From a virus: 24,492 nucleotides of DNA. Position 1 is the stretch's first letter; the number at the start of each line of letters is the position of its first letter. The notes under the pieces are model-generated. The model searched no databases. It was not told the DNA's origin and was given only the letters and a program-made list of their open reading frames with translations. The DNA lies in the IMG/VR virus record IMGVR_UViG_3300033388_002469, positions 1 to 24,492 of that record. The stretch is one strand, 5' to 3'. This document shows, one piece after another, positions 1-10,091 of the stretch. Position numbers and translations under genes: made by a program.

Positions 1-2556
1 AAAAAAATTAAGGCTTTCAATCTCACTAAAGACCAGATTTCAAAAGGTAAGAAAGATTCTCTTGACAGGCTAAAAAAAGCTCTTAAAGGAGGTTCATTAA
101 CTTCTGGAGGGATAAACGTAGAAGCCCTCGAAGCTTTAACTGATTACGGTTTTTACATATTTGCAGACGGCGTTAGAAACTTTAAGAGCTGGGCGAAAAG
201 AATGGTGGAAGACACAGGTGTTAAGGATAAAGCTGTTCTTGAAAGTATCTGGATGAATCAGAAGCAAAACAATGGAAAAACGCTGAACGATCTTTCAAAA
301 GAGTCAAATATAGAAGAAGTGGTGTCTGATTTCTTTACTGAAAGTTCTGACTCAAACGCTTTATCTAAAAAAATCCAAGAGGCTTTTAATCTGGATAAAA
401 AAATGTCAGACGAGTTAGCAAAAGAGCTTGTTTCTGAGTTTGAGAGGATAGTGATAAAAAATCGTAAGGCAGAAATAAAAAGCAAAAGTCCTGTCTTAAC
501 CACGAGAAAAGTGTCAAAAGCAATCAATGAAATCTCTAATTCTGACGGCTTGACAGATCTTGAGATTGAAGAAAAAATAGAAGAAGCTTTTGGCGTCAAG
601 AACCTTACTGATGATCAAGTGAAAACAATAAAAGATCTTGGGAAAGAGAGAAGTTCTCGTCCAGAAGGTTTCCTGCAAGATGAAATTACAAGAGAAATGC
701 TATCAGCTTTCGCTAAGTTTGAAGGGATTCCTAAGAAAGATATATTATGGTCTTTATGGTATTCAGGAGTGTTATCTGGGTATGAGACACAACTCTTAAA
801 TGTTGGTGCTAATAGTATAAATATAGGGATGGAGTCTTTTGTTTCCTTGATTGAGCAATCTCTCGTAAACAAAGATCCAGCCGCATTCGGTCAAGCAATG
901 TCGGGTCTAATGAAAGGCATGAAAGATGGATCTAACGAATTTATGCAGGTAATCACTAGCGGTTACTCACCTTCTAAGATAAGCCAGAAGCTTGAAGTTA
1001 AAGATACTTTGGAAAATGTTGATTTTTGGGGTGGAAAATTCAATCCTTATAATTACTATAAGTTTGTAGGTAGGCTAATGACAGCTGTAGATTCTGCGTC
1101 TTACATGGCTGCTTATGGAATGAGAAAACAAGAAGCAGCTAGGGAACTCTATAGAAAAGAAGGTCTTAGAGGAGATGATTTAAGAAATAAGGTGACAGAA
1201 GTCACAAGCAATGACAAAGAGGCTTATAATGAAGCTTTTGATCAGGCTACACAAGAAATAAATGATTTATCCATTAGGGAAAACCTATCATCATCTCAAA
1301 AAAGAAGATTAACACGGATAAGAGCGAATGAAATATTAAACAAGAAACTCCCTGAAGAAGTAAGGTTGGAATCTGAGAAATTTGCTGCATTTGCTACATA
1401 CAACTATGATCCAAAGGGAATCCTGGGGGTTATAGCTAAAACTTTATCTGGTCTTGGAGAGAAGAAGGGTTTAGGATTATTTAAGCTTATCGTTCCATTC
1501 ACAAGGGTTGTAGCAAATGTATTGAATCAGCAAATTGATTATACACCTTATGGATTCTTAAGAGCTATGGGATTGAATGCTGGTCGAGGAATGAAGGAGT
1601 CAACAACAGCAAAAGATTCAAGAGAGAGAAATAGACAAATAATCAAAGCTTCTATTGGTCTTATTAGTGCTTGGGCTATAATGAGATTAGCAGAGTCGTA
1701 CAGTGATGATGATGACCCTTGGTTTGATGTGTCAGGAAAAGGACCTAGCAACTACAACAAGAGAAATCAACTTTATTCTCAAGGATGGAAGCCGTATAGT
1801 GTAAAAGTCGGGGACAGATGGGTTAATTATCAATATTCCCCAATAGGTCTGTGGTTTTCACTTGTTGGAAATTGGAGGGATGCAGAAAAATACGAAGGCC
1901 TTTCCGAAGCGGAAAACTCAGCTAGATTATCTTACGCTGTCCAGGCTTCAGCATCTGGAGTTTTTGATATGTCATTCCTGACAGGTCTTGGATCTTTCTT
2001 TGATGCGTTATCAACGGTTGGAGATCCTGAAAAAACAAAAGAAAAGCTGTTAAAAACACTTGGAAAAACAGGGTCTTCTTTCTTGGTTCCTAACGCTATT
2101 AAGCAAGTAGATAATATATATGATCCAACTGTGTATGATAAAACTTCAGTATACGCTGCTGTATTGTCTGAAATTCCAATAGTAAAAAGATACTCAGGGT
2201 TAAGGCCTAAGCTAAACTCTTTCGGTCAGCCTATAGAGAAGCAAGGGAATAGGTTTACAACTAAAGTTGTTGATGATCCTGTATGGAAATTTATGGCTAA
2301 AAACAGTTTGTTTGCCCCAGGGTTGTCTCCAAACACAAAAATGCTTGATGGGGAGGTGATGACAGAAGATGAGTTTTATGATTACGCTAAAGAGTCTGGA
2401 CAAATTGCTTATAAATCTATAAATGATCTTATGTCAGAATCTGAACTGGAATTTGAAGCTCTTGATAATATAGGGAAAAAGAAGATAATATCAGATATAT
2501 TTAGAGATGCAAGGATGCAAGGTAAAATTATTGTTTATGATAATTATCGAAAATAA
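1..2556 (+). CDS. 3' part of a very large virion-associated (internal virion/ejection or 'large polyvalent') protein; 5'-truncated
   Basis: Frame is open from base 1 (KKIKAFNL...GFYIFADGVRNFKSWAKRMVED), so the ATG at 202 is internal. The motifs 'IVPFTRVVANVLNQQIDYTPYG' and 'GWKPYSVKVGDRWVNYQYSPIG' are of the kind seen in C-terminal helical regions of giant phage internal-virion/polyvalent proteins (recognised by eye). Confidence 0.6.
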   Translation, partial: KKIKAFNLTKDQISKGKKDSLDRLKKALKGGSLTSGGINVEALEALTDYGFYIFADGVRNFKSWAKRMVEDTGVKDKAVLESIWMNQKQNNGKTLNDLSKESNIEEVVSDFFTESSDSNALSKKIQEAFNLDKKMSDELAKELVSEFERIVIKNRKAEIKSKSPVLTTRKVSKAINEISNSDGLTDLEIEEKIEEAFGVKNLTDDQVKTIKDLGKERSSRPEGFLQDEITREMLSAFAKFEGIPKKDILWSLWYSGVLSGYETQLLNVGANSINIGMESFVSLIEQSLVNKDPAAFGQAMSGLMKGMKDGSNEFMQVITSGYSPSKISQKLEVKDTLENVDFWGGKFNPYNYYKFVGRLMTAVDSASYMAAYGMRKQEAARELYRKEGLRGDDLRNKVTEVTSNDKEAYNEAFDQATQEINDLSIRENLSSSQKRRLTRIRANEILNKKLPEEVRLESEKFAAFATYNYDPKGILGVIAKTLSGLGEKKGLGLFKLIVPFTRVVANVLNQQIDYTPYGFLRAMGLNAGRGMKESTTAKDSRERNRQIIKASIGLISAWAIMRLAESYSDDDDPWFDVSGKGPSNYNKRNQLYSQGWKPYSVKVGDRWVNYQYSPIGLWFSLVGNWRDAEKYEGLSEAENSARLSYAVQASASGVFDMSFLTGLGSFFDALSTVGDPEKTKEKLLKTLGKTGSSFLVPNAIKQVDNIYDPTVYDKTSVYAAVLSEIPIVKRYSGLRPKLNSFGQPIEKQGNRFTTKVVDDPVWKFMAKNSLFAPGLSPNTKMLDGEVMTEDEFYDYAKESGQIAYKSINDLMSESELEFEALDNIGKKKIISDIFRDARMQGKIIVYDNYRK

Positions 2557-2602
2557 TAATATTGAGATGATGTATTAATTACATTATAATAAAATAATTT
2601 AG

Positions 2603-2610
2603 TAAATTTG
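2603..2610 (+). promoter_or_regulatory. Bacteroidota-type -7 promoter element (TAAATTTG)
   Basis: Matches TAnnTTTG in the 61-nt intergenic gap, 7 nt before the ATG at 2618. No good -33 TTTG at 19-21 nt spacing. Confidence 0.4.
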
Positions 2611-2617
2611 GAGAACA

Positions 2618-3806
<1,189 letters not shown>

Positions 3807-3817
3807 AAAATTAAACT

Positions 3818-4282
3818 ATGTGCAAATGCAAAAGTGGGTGTAATATCCCTGTAGGACCTCAAGGCCCTCAAGGGCCTCAAGGACCTCAAGGACCTCAAGG
3901 ACCAACTGGACAAACTGGACCTCAAGGCCCTCCAGGTCAAAACGCTGTTATTGAGCCATTATCTTGGAATAATTTTACATTAAAAAATGATTGGCAAGCT
4001 TCCTTTGGTCAAACACCTCAGTATGCTGTTCAAAATGGATTATTATACACCAGAGGAAGAATATTTGTTGGTCCAACCACTGCTTCAGGAGCTTTTGCTA
4101 ATTTAAACCTTGGAGCTATATCTGCGGGAATTATATCTTCAATTTCAGACACTGACTCTCCTGTAACTACAAGTGCTTTAAGTTGGTCGAACTTTTCTCT
4201 TGATTTAAACATAACAGACTGGGCTGCATCAGGGAATGGAAATTTTTCCTTAGATTCTGTGCCTCCAATTAGTATTAGATAA
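3818..4282 (+). CDS. Collagen-like fibre protein 2 with tail-fibre-type C-terminal domain
   Basis: MCKCKSGC, 10 Gly-X-Y triplets, then 'WNNFTLKNDW...PQYAVQNGLLYTRGRI', typical of phage fibre tips. Confidence 0.85.
   Translation: MCKCKSGCNIPVGPQGPQGPQGPQGPQGPTGQTGPQGPPGQNAVIEPLSWNNFTLKNDWQASFGQTPQYAVQNGLLYTRGRIFVGPTTASGAFANLNLGAISAGIISSISDTDSPVTTSALSWSNFSLDLNITDWAASGNGNFSLDSVPPISIR
3854..3943 (+). repeat. Collagen repeat, 9-nt tandem ggNcctcaa x5
   Basis: ggacctcaa ggccctcaa gggcctcaa ggacctcaa ggacctcaa read directly. Confidence 0.9.
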
Positions 4283-4650
4283 TGAGCATGACTTCAGAGG
4301 AAATATGCTGTCTTAAGCTTAAAGCTGAAGCTTGCGCTGCTGAGTTAGGTGTTGAGATCTGTTTAAAAGAAAATGCAGGATACTGCGTTGATGCTCTGTA
4401 TGAAAAACTCAAGTATGTATTAAGCTTGGATAGGTTGATATCGGAGAAAATTTCAGCAGGTACCAAAACCATAAAAAATAATATAATTCACTTTTGTAAC
4501 AAAAAAGCTTTCGCTTCCAAGAATAATTCGCTATTTTTGGACAACGTAGATTCAAAAGACGCATGTAAAGAATCGGAGCTAACAGAAGAGTGTTGTATTA
4601 CTATATGTGATATAAGAGCTAAGCTAAACGAAATTTGTAATAACTGTTAA
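4282..4650 (+). CDS. Cys-rich hypothetical (probable virion) protein
   Basis: 122 aa with 12 Cys; TAATG-coupled to the upstream gene. Confidence 0.7.
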   Translation: MSMTSEEICCLKLKAEACAAELGVEICLKENAGYCVDALYEKLKYVLSLDRLISEKISAGTKTIKNNIIHFCNKKAFASKNNSLFLDNVDSKDACKESELTEECCITICDIRAKLNEICNNC

Positions 4651-4660
4651 CCATTAGAAT

Positions 4661-5293
4661 ATGCCTTTTGATGATCAAAGTACTTATATAAAGCACCAAT
4701 CAGATTGTGATTGTGAAGACAATTGCTCTTGCCAGTCAGAAGACTGTGGATGCTGTCCTCCAGGTCTTGTAGCACACAAGAACTGTGATGGAGATATATC
4801 TTGTGTAACACCTAATGACTCCGCTCAACTGGATGTTCAATCTCATATCCCTGCTGAGGGTTATGTAAAATTGTTTAATCCGACAAATGGGGAATATCTT
4901 GGTGATGTTACTCCTACTGAGGCTTTAACATTTATTGCGGCTCTTGATGATAATGTAGATCCACCTTCTCAGGGTGACGAATACAATATCACCACTACTG
5001 ATTCTGTGGCTCTATCAGCTCCTGCTGACACTGAGACAGATAGCGCAAATGTTGCGTTCTCAGTAGATAGAATTTCTTGTGATCAAAACATAGCTGTTTC
5101 ACTTGCTGGAGCACCTTCTGGCGTTACATTCTTAGGTGGAGCTGTGTCTATTAATATACCAGCAGCAACTTCATATATAACTGACGGTATTCGAATTACT
5201 GATGAAATCGATCCAGGCAATTATAACATTACAGTTTTATATGATGGATGCACGAATCAGAAAACTAAAACACTTATCTTAAACGTAACATAG
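4661..5293 (+). CDS. Cys-rich N-terminus plus C-terminal Ig-like beta-sandwich, probable virion decoration protein
   Basis: 9 Cys within ~34 aa near the N-terminus. C-terminal 'VSLAGAPSGVT...PGNYNITV...KTKTLILNVT' fits an Ig-like fold pattern. Confidence 0.65.
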   Translation: MPFDDQSTYIKHQSDCDCEDNCSCQSEDCGCCPPGLVAHKNCDGDISCVTPNDSAQLDVQSHIPAEGYVKLFNPTNGEYLGDVTPTEALTFIAALDDNVDPPSQGDEYNITTTDSVALSAPADTETDSANVAFSVDRISCDQNIAVSLAGAPSGVTFLGGAVSINIPAATSYITDGIRITDEIDPGNYNITVLYDGCTNQKTKTLILNVT

Positions 5294-5295
5294 TC

Positions 5296-6078
5296 ATGGA
5301 CATTACAAAATACCCATTAATACAAAGGTCGGAAGCTCAAATGCCTCCTTCAGCAGAGTTTCAGTTTCTATTTAGAGACAAAGGAAATGGTGGTATGTTA
5401 ACCGCTAAAAACTTTGATTGTTCTTTTGATATTATATCTGTAGGAGAAGTTAGTCAAGAGGCTCTTGTTTTGTTGAATAGTCACATTGAAACAATTCTTG
5501 AAGATGCCGGATGTGCATTAAAGAAAGGTCAAATGACTTCTGATGATTATCAGGAGACTGTTACCAACTTGAATATGTGTGTTGAAGTAAATGTAGATCC
5601 TTTAACTGGTTCTCAGCAGATTTGTGTTACTAATACTCCGACTTTATTTGTTGCATTATCAACATCTGATGTTCTTTGTAATGGTGGAAACACTGGTTCT
5701 GCATCTGTAATTGTTACAGGTGGAACTGCACCGTATAATGTTGATTGGGGTGGGGCTGATGAAACTGCTTTAACAGCAGGTTCATATATGGTTACTGTTA
5801 CTGATGCAAACGCTAAGTCAAAAGCTTTAACGTTTATTATCAATGAGCCGGCAGCACTTTCAGTTAACCCTGTAGTTGTGGATGAGTCTGGTGGAGGGAA
5901 CAATGGTTCTATCACGCTTAACGTGATCGGTGGAACTGCACCATATACATACTTATGGGATGACGGAGCAGTTCAGACTACTGATCCGGCTGTTAACTTA
6001 TCAGCGGGAGACTACAATTGTGTAGTCACTGATGATAATGGATGTGTATTAAACGTAGGACCGATTACGGTTAATTAA
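5296..6078 (+). CDS. SprB-repeat-containing protein
   Basis: Two repeats, 'VLCNGGNTGSASVIVTGGTAPYNVDW...LTAGSYMVTVTDAN' and 'GSITLNVIGGTAPYTYLWDDG...LSAGDYNCVVTDDNGC', match the SprB repeat consensus (PF13573, from memory). No signal peptide and no T9SS CTD. Confidence 0.85.
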   Translation: MDITKYPLIQRSEAQMPPSAEFQFLFRDKGNGGMLTAKNFDCSFDIISVGEVSQEALVLLNSHIETILEDAGCALKKGQMTSDDYQETVTNLNMCVEVNVDPLTGSQQICVTNTPTLFVALSTSDVLCNGGNTGSASVIVTGGTAPYNVDWGGADETALTAGSYMVTVTDANAKSKALTFIINEPAALSVNPVVVDESGGGNNGSITLNVIGGTAPYTYLWDDGAVQTTDPAVNLSAGDYNCVVTDDNGCVLNVGPITVN

Positions 6079-6800
6079 TGAGATGGCTAAAAGAAAATAT
6101 CGTTTCCTCTCTATGTATCGTTGGATGCATTGTGTTGAGCCTGTTTTTATTACAGGAGTGTAAGAACTCTTCTAATTTACGTCAGAATCTAAATTCAACA
6201 AGTAGTTTTTTGGAGATTGAAAAACAACAGTCTATATCGAGGGATTCTATCCACGCTCAAGATGTGAAGATAATGGAGCAAAACCTGATGTCTGAAACAG
6301 CAGCTCGGATACTCCTTCAAGATGAGTTTGAAAGATTTAAAGAAATCTCATCTCATGTACGGGCCGAAACAATTACTCGGATTGATACAATGTTTATTGT
6401 GTATGAGTCCGAAAGTGATGATATAATTAACGAATACACAGACTGCATACCTATTGATACAGTTAGGACGTATTTCATTCAGTCTCCTAAAAGAGTAAGG
6501 TACGCTGATACGTGGTTCGCTTTTGCTGGTATTGTTGATACTATAGGTTTGAATATAGAGTCAATGTCAATGGTTAATAAGTTTGATGTTACTGTAGGCT
6601 GGAAGAAGCCAGACAAACCTTTTAAATTTTTAAGAAGAAAGAAGCCAGTTGTAGAACTTACAAGTTACAATCCGTATACTAAGGTAAACTACGTCAACAA
6701 TATAGTTGTTGAGAATAGGCAAAGTAATTTATTTACAAATGTTATTCTTCCATCAGCTGCATGTTTTGTGGCTGGGTATGGAGTTGCAAAAATAAAATAG
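6078..6800 (+). CDS. Membrane-anchored protein, spanin candidate
   Basis: N-terminal hydrophobic helix ending LLQEC, helical/coiled-coil segment, beta-rich region, C-terminal hydrophobic segment ILPSAACFVAGYGVA followed by KIK. Confidence 0.5.
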   Translation: MRWLKENIVSSLCIVGCIVLSLFLLQECKNSSNLRQNLNSTSSFLEIEKQQSISRDSIHAQDVKIMEQNLMSETAARILLQDEFERFKEISSHVRAETITRIDTMFIVYESESDDIINEYTDCIPIDTVRTYFIQSPKRVRYADTWFAFAGIVDTIGLNIESMSMVNKFDVTVGWKKPDKPFKFLRRKKPVVELTSYNPYTKVNYVNNIVVENRQSNLFTNVILPSAACFVAGYGVAKIK

Positions 6801-6801
6801 A

Positions 6802-7224
6802 ATGGGAGTTTTTATAAAGCTTACAGCGTTAAAGAGAAATGAAATTGCATTCTCAAAGGAAATATTGGTTGATGTTAACGATATCGTTACTCCAATTGTT
6901 GAGAATGAATTAGGTCAATCTATCATTGAAGTGGATACAAATGTGTCTTACTCTGAGTCATATTTCGAATCACGAGAAAAATATGTTGTAGCTCAAGATC
7001 TTGACGCTATTGACGCTTTAACTGATGAAGTTTTTAAAGGTACAATAATTACTTACAAAAAGAGGGCTCCGTACACTCCTGAGGCTCTATTCGTAAAGAG
7101 TAGAATTGTAGGTACAGTGAAGTCTGGACCGGATGATGTATCTGAATTTGATTATAAAATAATGTCAATGAGCAGCCCTGAAACTTATGTCGTATCAGAA
7201 AGTCTTGACACTATTAATTCATAA
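6802..7224 (+). CDS. Hypothetical protein with internal two-fold repeat
   Basis: 140 aa; the halves end in REKYVVAQDLDAI and PETYVVSESLDTI. Confidence 0.7.
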   Translation: MGVFIKLTALKRNEIAFSKEILVDVNDIVTPIVENELGQSIIEVDTNVSYSESYFESREKYVVAQDLDAIDALTDEVFKGTIITYKKRAPYTPEALFVKSRIVGTVKSGPDDVSEFDYKIMSMSSPETYVVSESLDTINS

Positions 7225-7236
7225 AAATTACTTGAA

Positions 7237-8625
7237 ATGGCAAACCAAAAAATAGAAGTAGGTTTTGTAGGTAAGAGTTTAACTCTTAGGATGACTAATA
7301 CTAAAACTGGTGTTGTAGGGAGTGTTGAGTACTATCCTGTATGTAACTTTGTATCATTAAATGGACAAGCTTTCATAGGTTTCGCTACTCGTAATCCTCA
7401 AACCAACCAAAGAAGACAGAGGTATTCAAGTGACAACATGACTAAGATTTTCATTGAAACAAATGGGACTCATCAGTTAGACATTGAATTTGATCTTAAT
7501 GATGTTGAAAACCAGCCTACATGGACTCCAGATGCTGCAGGTGTTGAACAAGCTAAGCTTGAAATTAACACTTGGATATCCACATGTTCTGACGCTTCTG
7601 CTGCACCTCCTTTACCTCCAGGTATATCTACAGAGGCTAAGCAAGACTTGATGATTGCGGAGTTAATGAAAGACTCTGATTTCGAGTTGGCGTGTGTTCA
7701 AGATATAAATACAGGTGTACACTACATTATGCGTGTATACAGGCTTGATACTGACGGAAGTATAGTAATTGATTACATAGATGCTACAGGTTCGGTTGTT
7801 GTTCCTCCGGTGCCTTCAGACTTAAGGGTTTGTAATCCAAACGCTGCTTTGTCAGCTATTTTGGCTGAGATTCAAGCTACTAATACAGCTCTTGCTACTA
7901 CAAACGCTATACTCCAAGATATTGATGATAACACGGACGATCTTGAGTCTTTAGCTACAAGTTCATTGACTGAATTGCAAGCTATAAATCTAAATACAGA
8001 CACTCTTGAAGCTTTAATTACGGACGGCAATCTTGATTTAGCAGCGATAGAAGCCGAAATACTAGCTCAAGGAACTCAATTAGGAACTATAATCACTGAA
8101 TTGATTTCTGCTAATACAGCTTTAGGAACTATTAACACTTCGATAGGCACAGCTGACACGAATAATGTTACGGAGCTTCAAAATATTCAGACTCAACTAA
8201 CAACAGCACTTGCTTCTTTAGCTGCAATTGACGGAAATACAGCTCCATTAGAAGCTTCTTTAACTGCTATTGAAGCAGCTATTAATACAGGTAATTTAGA
8301 TTTAGCATTAATTCAAACGAATACTTTGAATACTGTTACTGAATTACAGACGGCAAATGCTACATTAACACTATTGAATGGTCAGTTCTCAGGGACTCCA
8401 TCAATCGTTAGAGTTGATATCTCAGGAAATGCCGCTTACGTGGTACCAGCTGCAACTTACAACTCAGTTCAACTGATTGTAGCGGCTAATACTGTATCTG
8501 ATGGGACTATTACTCATCCGGTAGGGGCTTTTGAGGAAACAGTTCCAATCAAAGGAGCTACGCATCCAGGTGTTACTTTTGACGCTACTGGAGCAACTGC
8601 TTATGTTAAATTAATGACAAATTAA
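7237..8625 (+). CDS. Long coiled-coil fibre/stalk protein
   Basis: Residues ~200-385 are Ala/Thr/Leu/Asn-rich heptads with recurring TELQ, (D/N)NT.xLE and GNLDLA motifs; globular N- and C-terminal parts. Confidence 0.7.
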   Translation: MANQKIEVGFVGKSLTLRMTNTKTGVVGSVEYYPVCNFVSLNGQAFIGFATRNPQTNQRRQRYSSDNMTKIFIETNGTHQLDIEFDLNDVENQPTWTPDAAGVEQAKLEINTWISTCSDASAAPPLPPGISTEAKQDLMIAELMKDSDFELACVQDINTGVHYIMRVYRLDTDGSIVIDYIDATGSVVVPPVPSDLRVCNPNAALSAILAEIQATNTALATTNAILQDIDDNTDDLESLATSSLTELQAINLNTDTLEALITDGNLDLAAIEAEILAQGTQLGTIITELISANTALGTINTSIGTADTNNVTELQNIQTQLTTALASLAAIDGNTAPLEASLTAIEAAINTGNLDLALIQTNTLNTVTELQTANATLTLLNGQFSGTPSIVRVDISGNAAYVVPAATYNSVQLIVAANTVSDGTITHPVGAFEETVPIKGATHPGVTFDATGATAYVKLMTN

Positions 8626-8628
8626 TAT

Positions 8629-10089
8629 ATGGGATTCGGAGGAAATATATCTGGAGGCGGTGGTGACACTATTTGGACTGGGGTTATAATGATTGATCCT
8701 GTAAATGGAAGTGATGGATCTGGTCAAAGAAATGTTGTAAGTAAACCCTTTGCTACAGCAGCAGCAGCTTATGCAGTTTATCAAGAAGGTGATGTAATGA
8801 GATTTCTTCCTGGAACTCACACTTTTACTTCAACATTATTATTGACTCTCAACAATGAGGTTCATATGGATTTTTTCAGTGATGCATTAATACAAGGAGA
8901 TATTGCTGGGCCGTTAATTAATTCGGACACAACTGCTTTAAAGCTCTTCATATATGGTAGAGGTTCTTTTGAGAACACTAATAATACCATAGGTGCTAAC
9001 TCAGCTGCTATTATAGCTTCTACAAAGGCTAACATCTTAGGTGCTAAATACATACATGCTGTAACAGGAACTTTATTTGGAGCATCCAATGGTTTTGAGG
9101 TGTTAGAAAATATTGATGAAATGGTTGCTGATGCATCATATGAAATCAATGCTACATCTAATGATTTCACTACTGTATATCAAGGCATAGTAAGAAATTG
9201 CAAGAAGATCGGAAGCTTAACAACTCCAAGAGGCTTGTTTCTTCAGATAGGAACTAACGATTCTATTGTTTTTGAAAACTGTAACTTCATTTCGAGTGGA
9301 GCTGGTAATGGATACGCTGCTTTTATAGCTGGTGGTAGACCTCAATTTAAAGGGTGTAATTTTATTAATGAAGCATTTAGACCTGTATTTATAGGGGGAA
9401 GTGCTTCTGCGGATTTCATTAATTGCCATTTCCAGCAAAACTCAGGAGGCTTTGAGGCTTGTAATGTGTTTGGTGATGGAACAGCTTTTGAAAACTGCAC
9501 ATTTGCTCATTATGGAACGGGTGTTGCAATCAGAACAAGCGGTAACTGTGAATTCACTGGGTTGAATAAGTTTTATGCTGAATCAAATGTACAGGCTTGT
9601 GCTGGGACGGATGCCGGTGTAGGATTGGTGAGTGGAACTTTATTAGCAAACATAATGAATGTTGCTGCAGCTCCAGCTTCTCAGACTTGGATTTTCCAAG
9701 TAAATGAGAATCCACCAACTCCAGGAGAAACATATACCATTACAGCTCCTAATGGAACTGAATCAATAGATTATATTATTCAGGTAGCTGACACGAGAGA
9801 TGACGCTATAAACGGATTATTCGCAGCATGGGATGCTGAAGTATTAGCTAACCCAACTGGATACTTTGCTGATTTTGACAACAAGAGTGTTGTTTTAGGA
9901 CCAGCTGTTTGGAGGTTACAATGTGTAGCTATTAATCCAGATGATAATCTTGATCCTGATAATGGATTTGTCTTCACTACTGATGGAGGTGATTCTATTC
10001 AAACAATTTTAATTGCTCTTTCTGAGTTTGCTTGGAAAGGAAATGGTCAATTTATCATTGACGAAAACATGACTGTACCTAACTTATAA
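8629..10089 (+). CDS. Tailspike-like right-handed beta-helix (pectin-lyase fold) protein, putative depolymerase/receptor-binding protein
   Basis: N-terminal 'IDPVNGSDG...KPFATAAAA' cap motif; repeated FENCNF / FKGCNF / FINCHF / FENCTF rungs. Confidence 0.75.
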   Translation: MGFGGNISGGGGDTIWTGVIMIDPVNGSDGSGQRNVVSKPFATAAAAYAVYQEGDVMRFLPGTHTFTSTLLLTLNNEVHMDFFSDALIQGDIAGPLINSDTTALKLFIYGRGSFENTNNTIGANSAAIIASTKANILGAKYIHAVTGTLFGASNGFEVLENIDEMVADASYEINATSNDFTTVYQGIVRNCKKIGSLTTPRGLFLQIGTNDSIVFENCNFISSGAGNGYAAFIAGGRPQFKGCNFINEAFRPVFIGGSASADFINCHFQQNSGGFEACNVFGDGTAFENCTFAHYGTGVAIRTSGNCEFTGLNKFYAESNVQACAGTDAGVGLVSGTLLANIMNVAAAPASQTWIFQVNENPPTPGETYTITAPNGTESIDYIIQVADTRDDAINGLFAAWDAEVLANPTGYFADFDNKSVVLGPAVWRLQCVAINPDDNLDPDNGFVFTTDGGDSIQTILIALSEFAWKGNGQFIIDENMTVPNL

Positions 10090-10091
10090 TT

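Noticed and set aside
6322-6426. Embedded +1-frame ORF as an Rz1-like o-spanin
   Set aside because: Only 34 aa, and the Cys residues lie near the C-terminus, leaving almost no mature domain.
7222-8631. Three consecutive genes (6802, 7237, 8629) in the same frame, suggesting read-through fusion
   Set aside because: Both stops are TAA, each downstream gene has its own ATG with a plausible leader, and same-frame adjacency is expected by chance.
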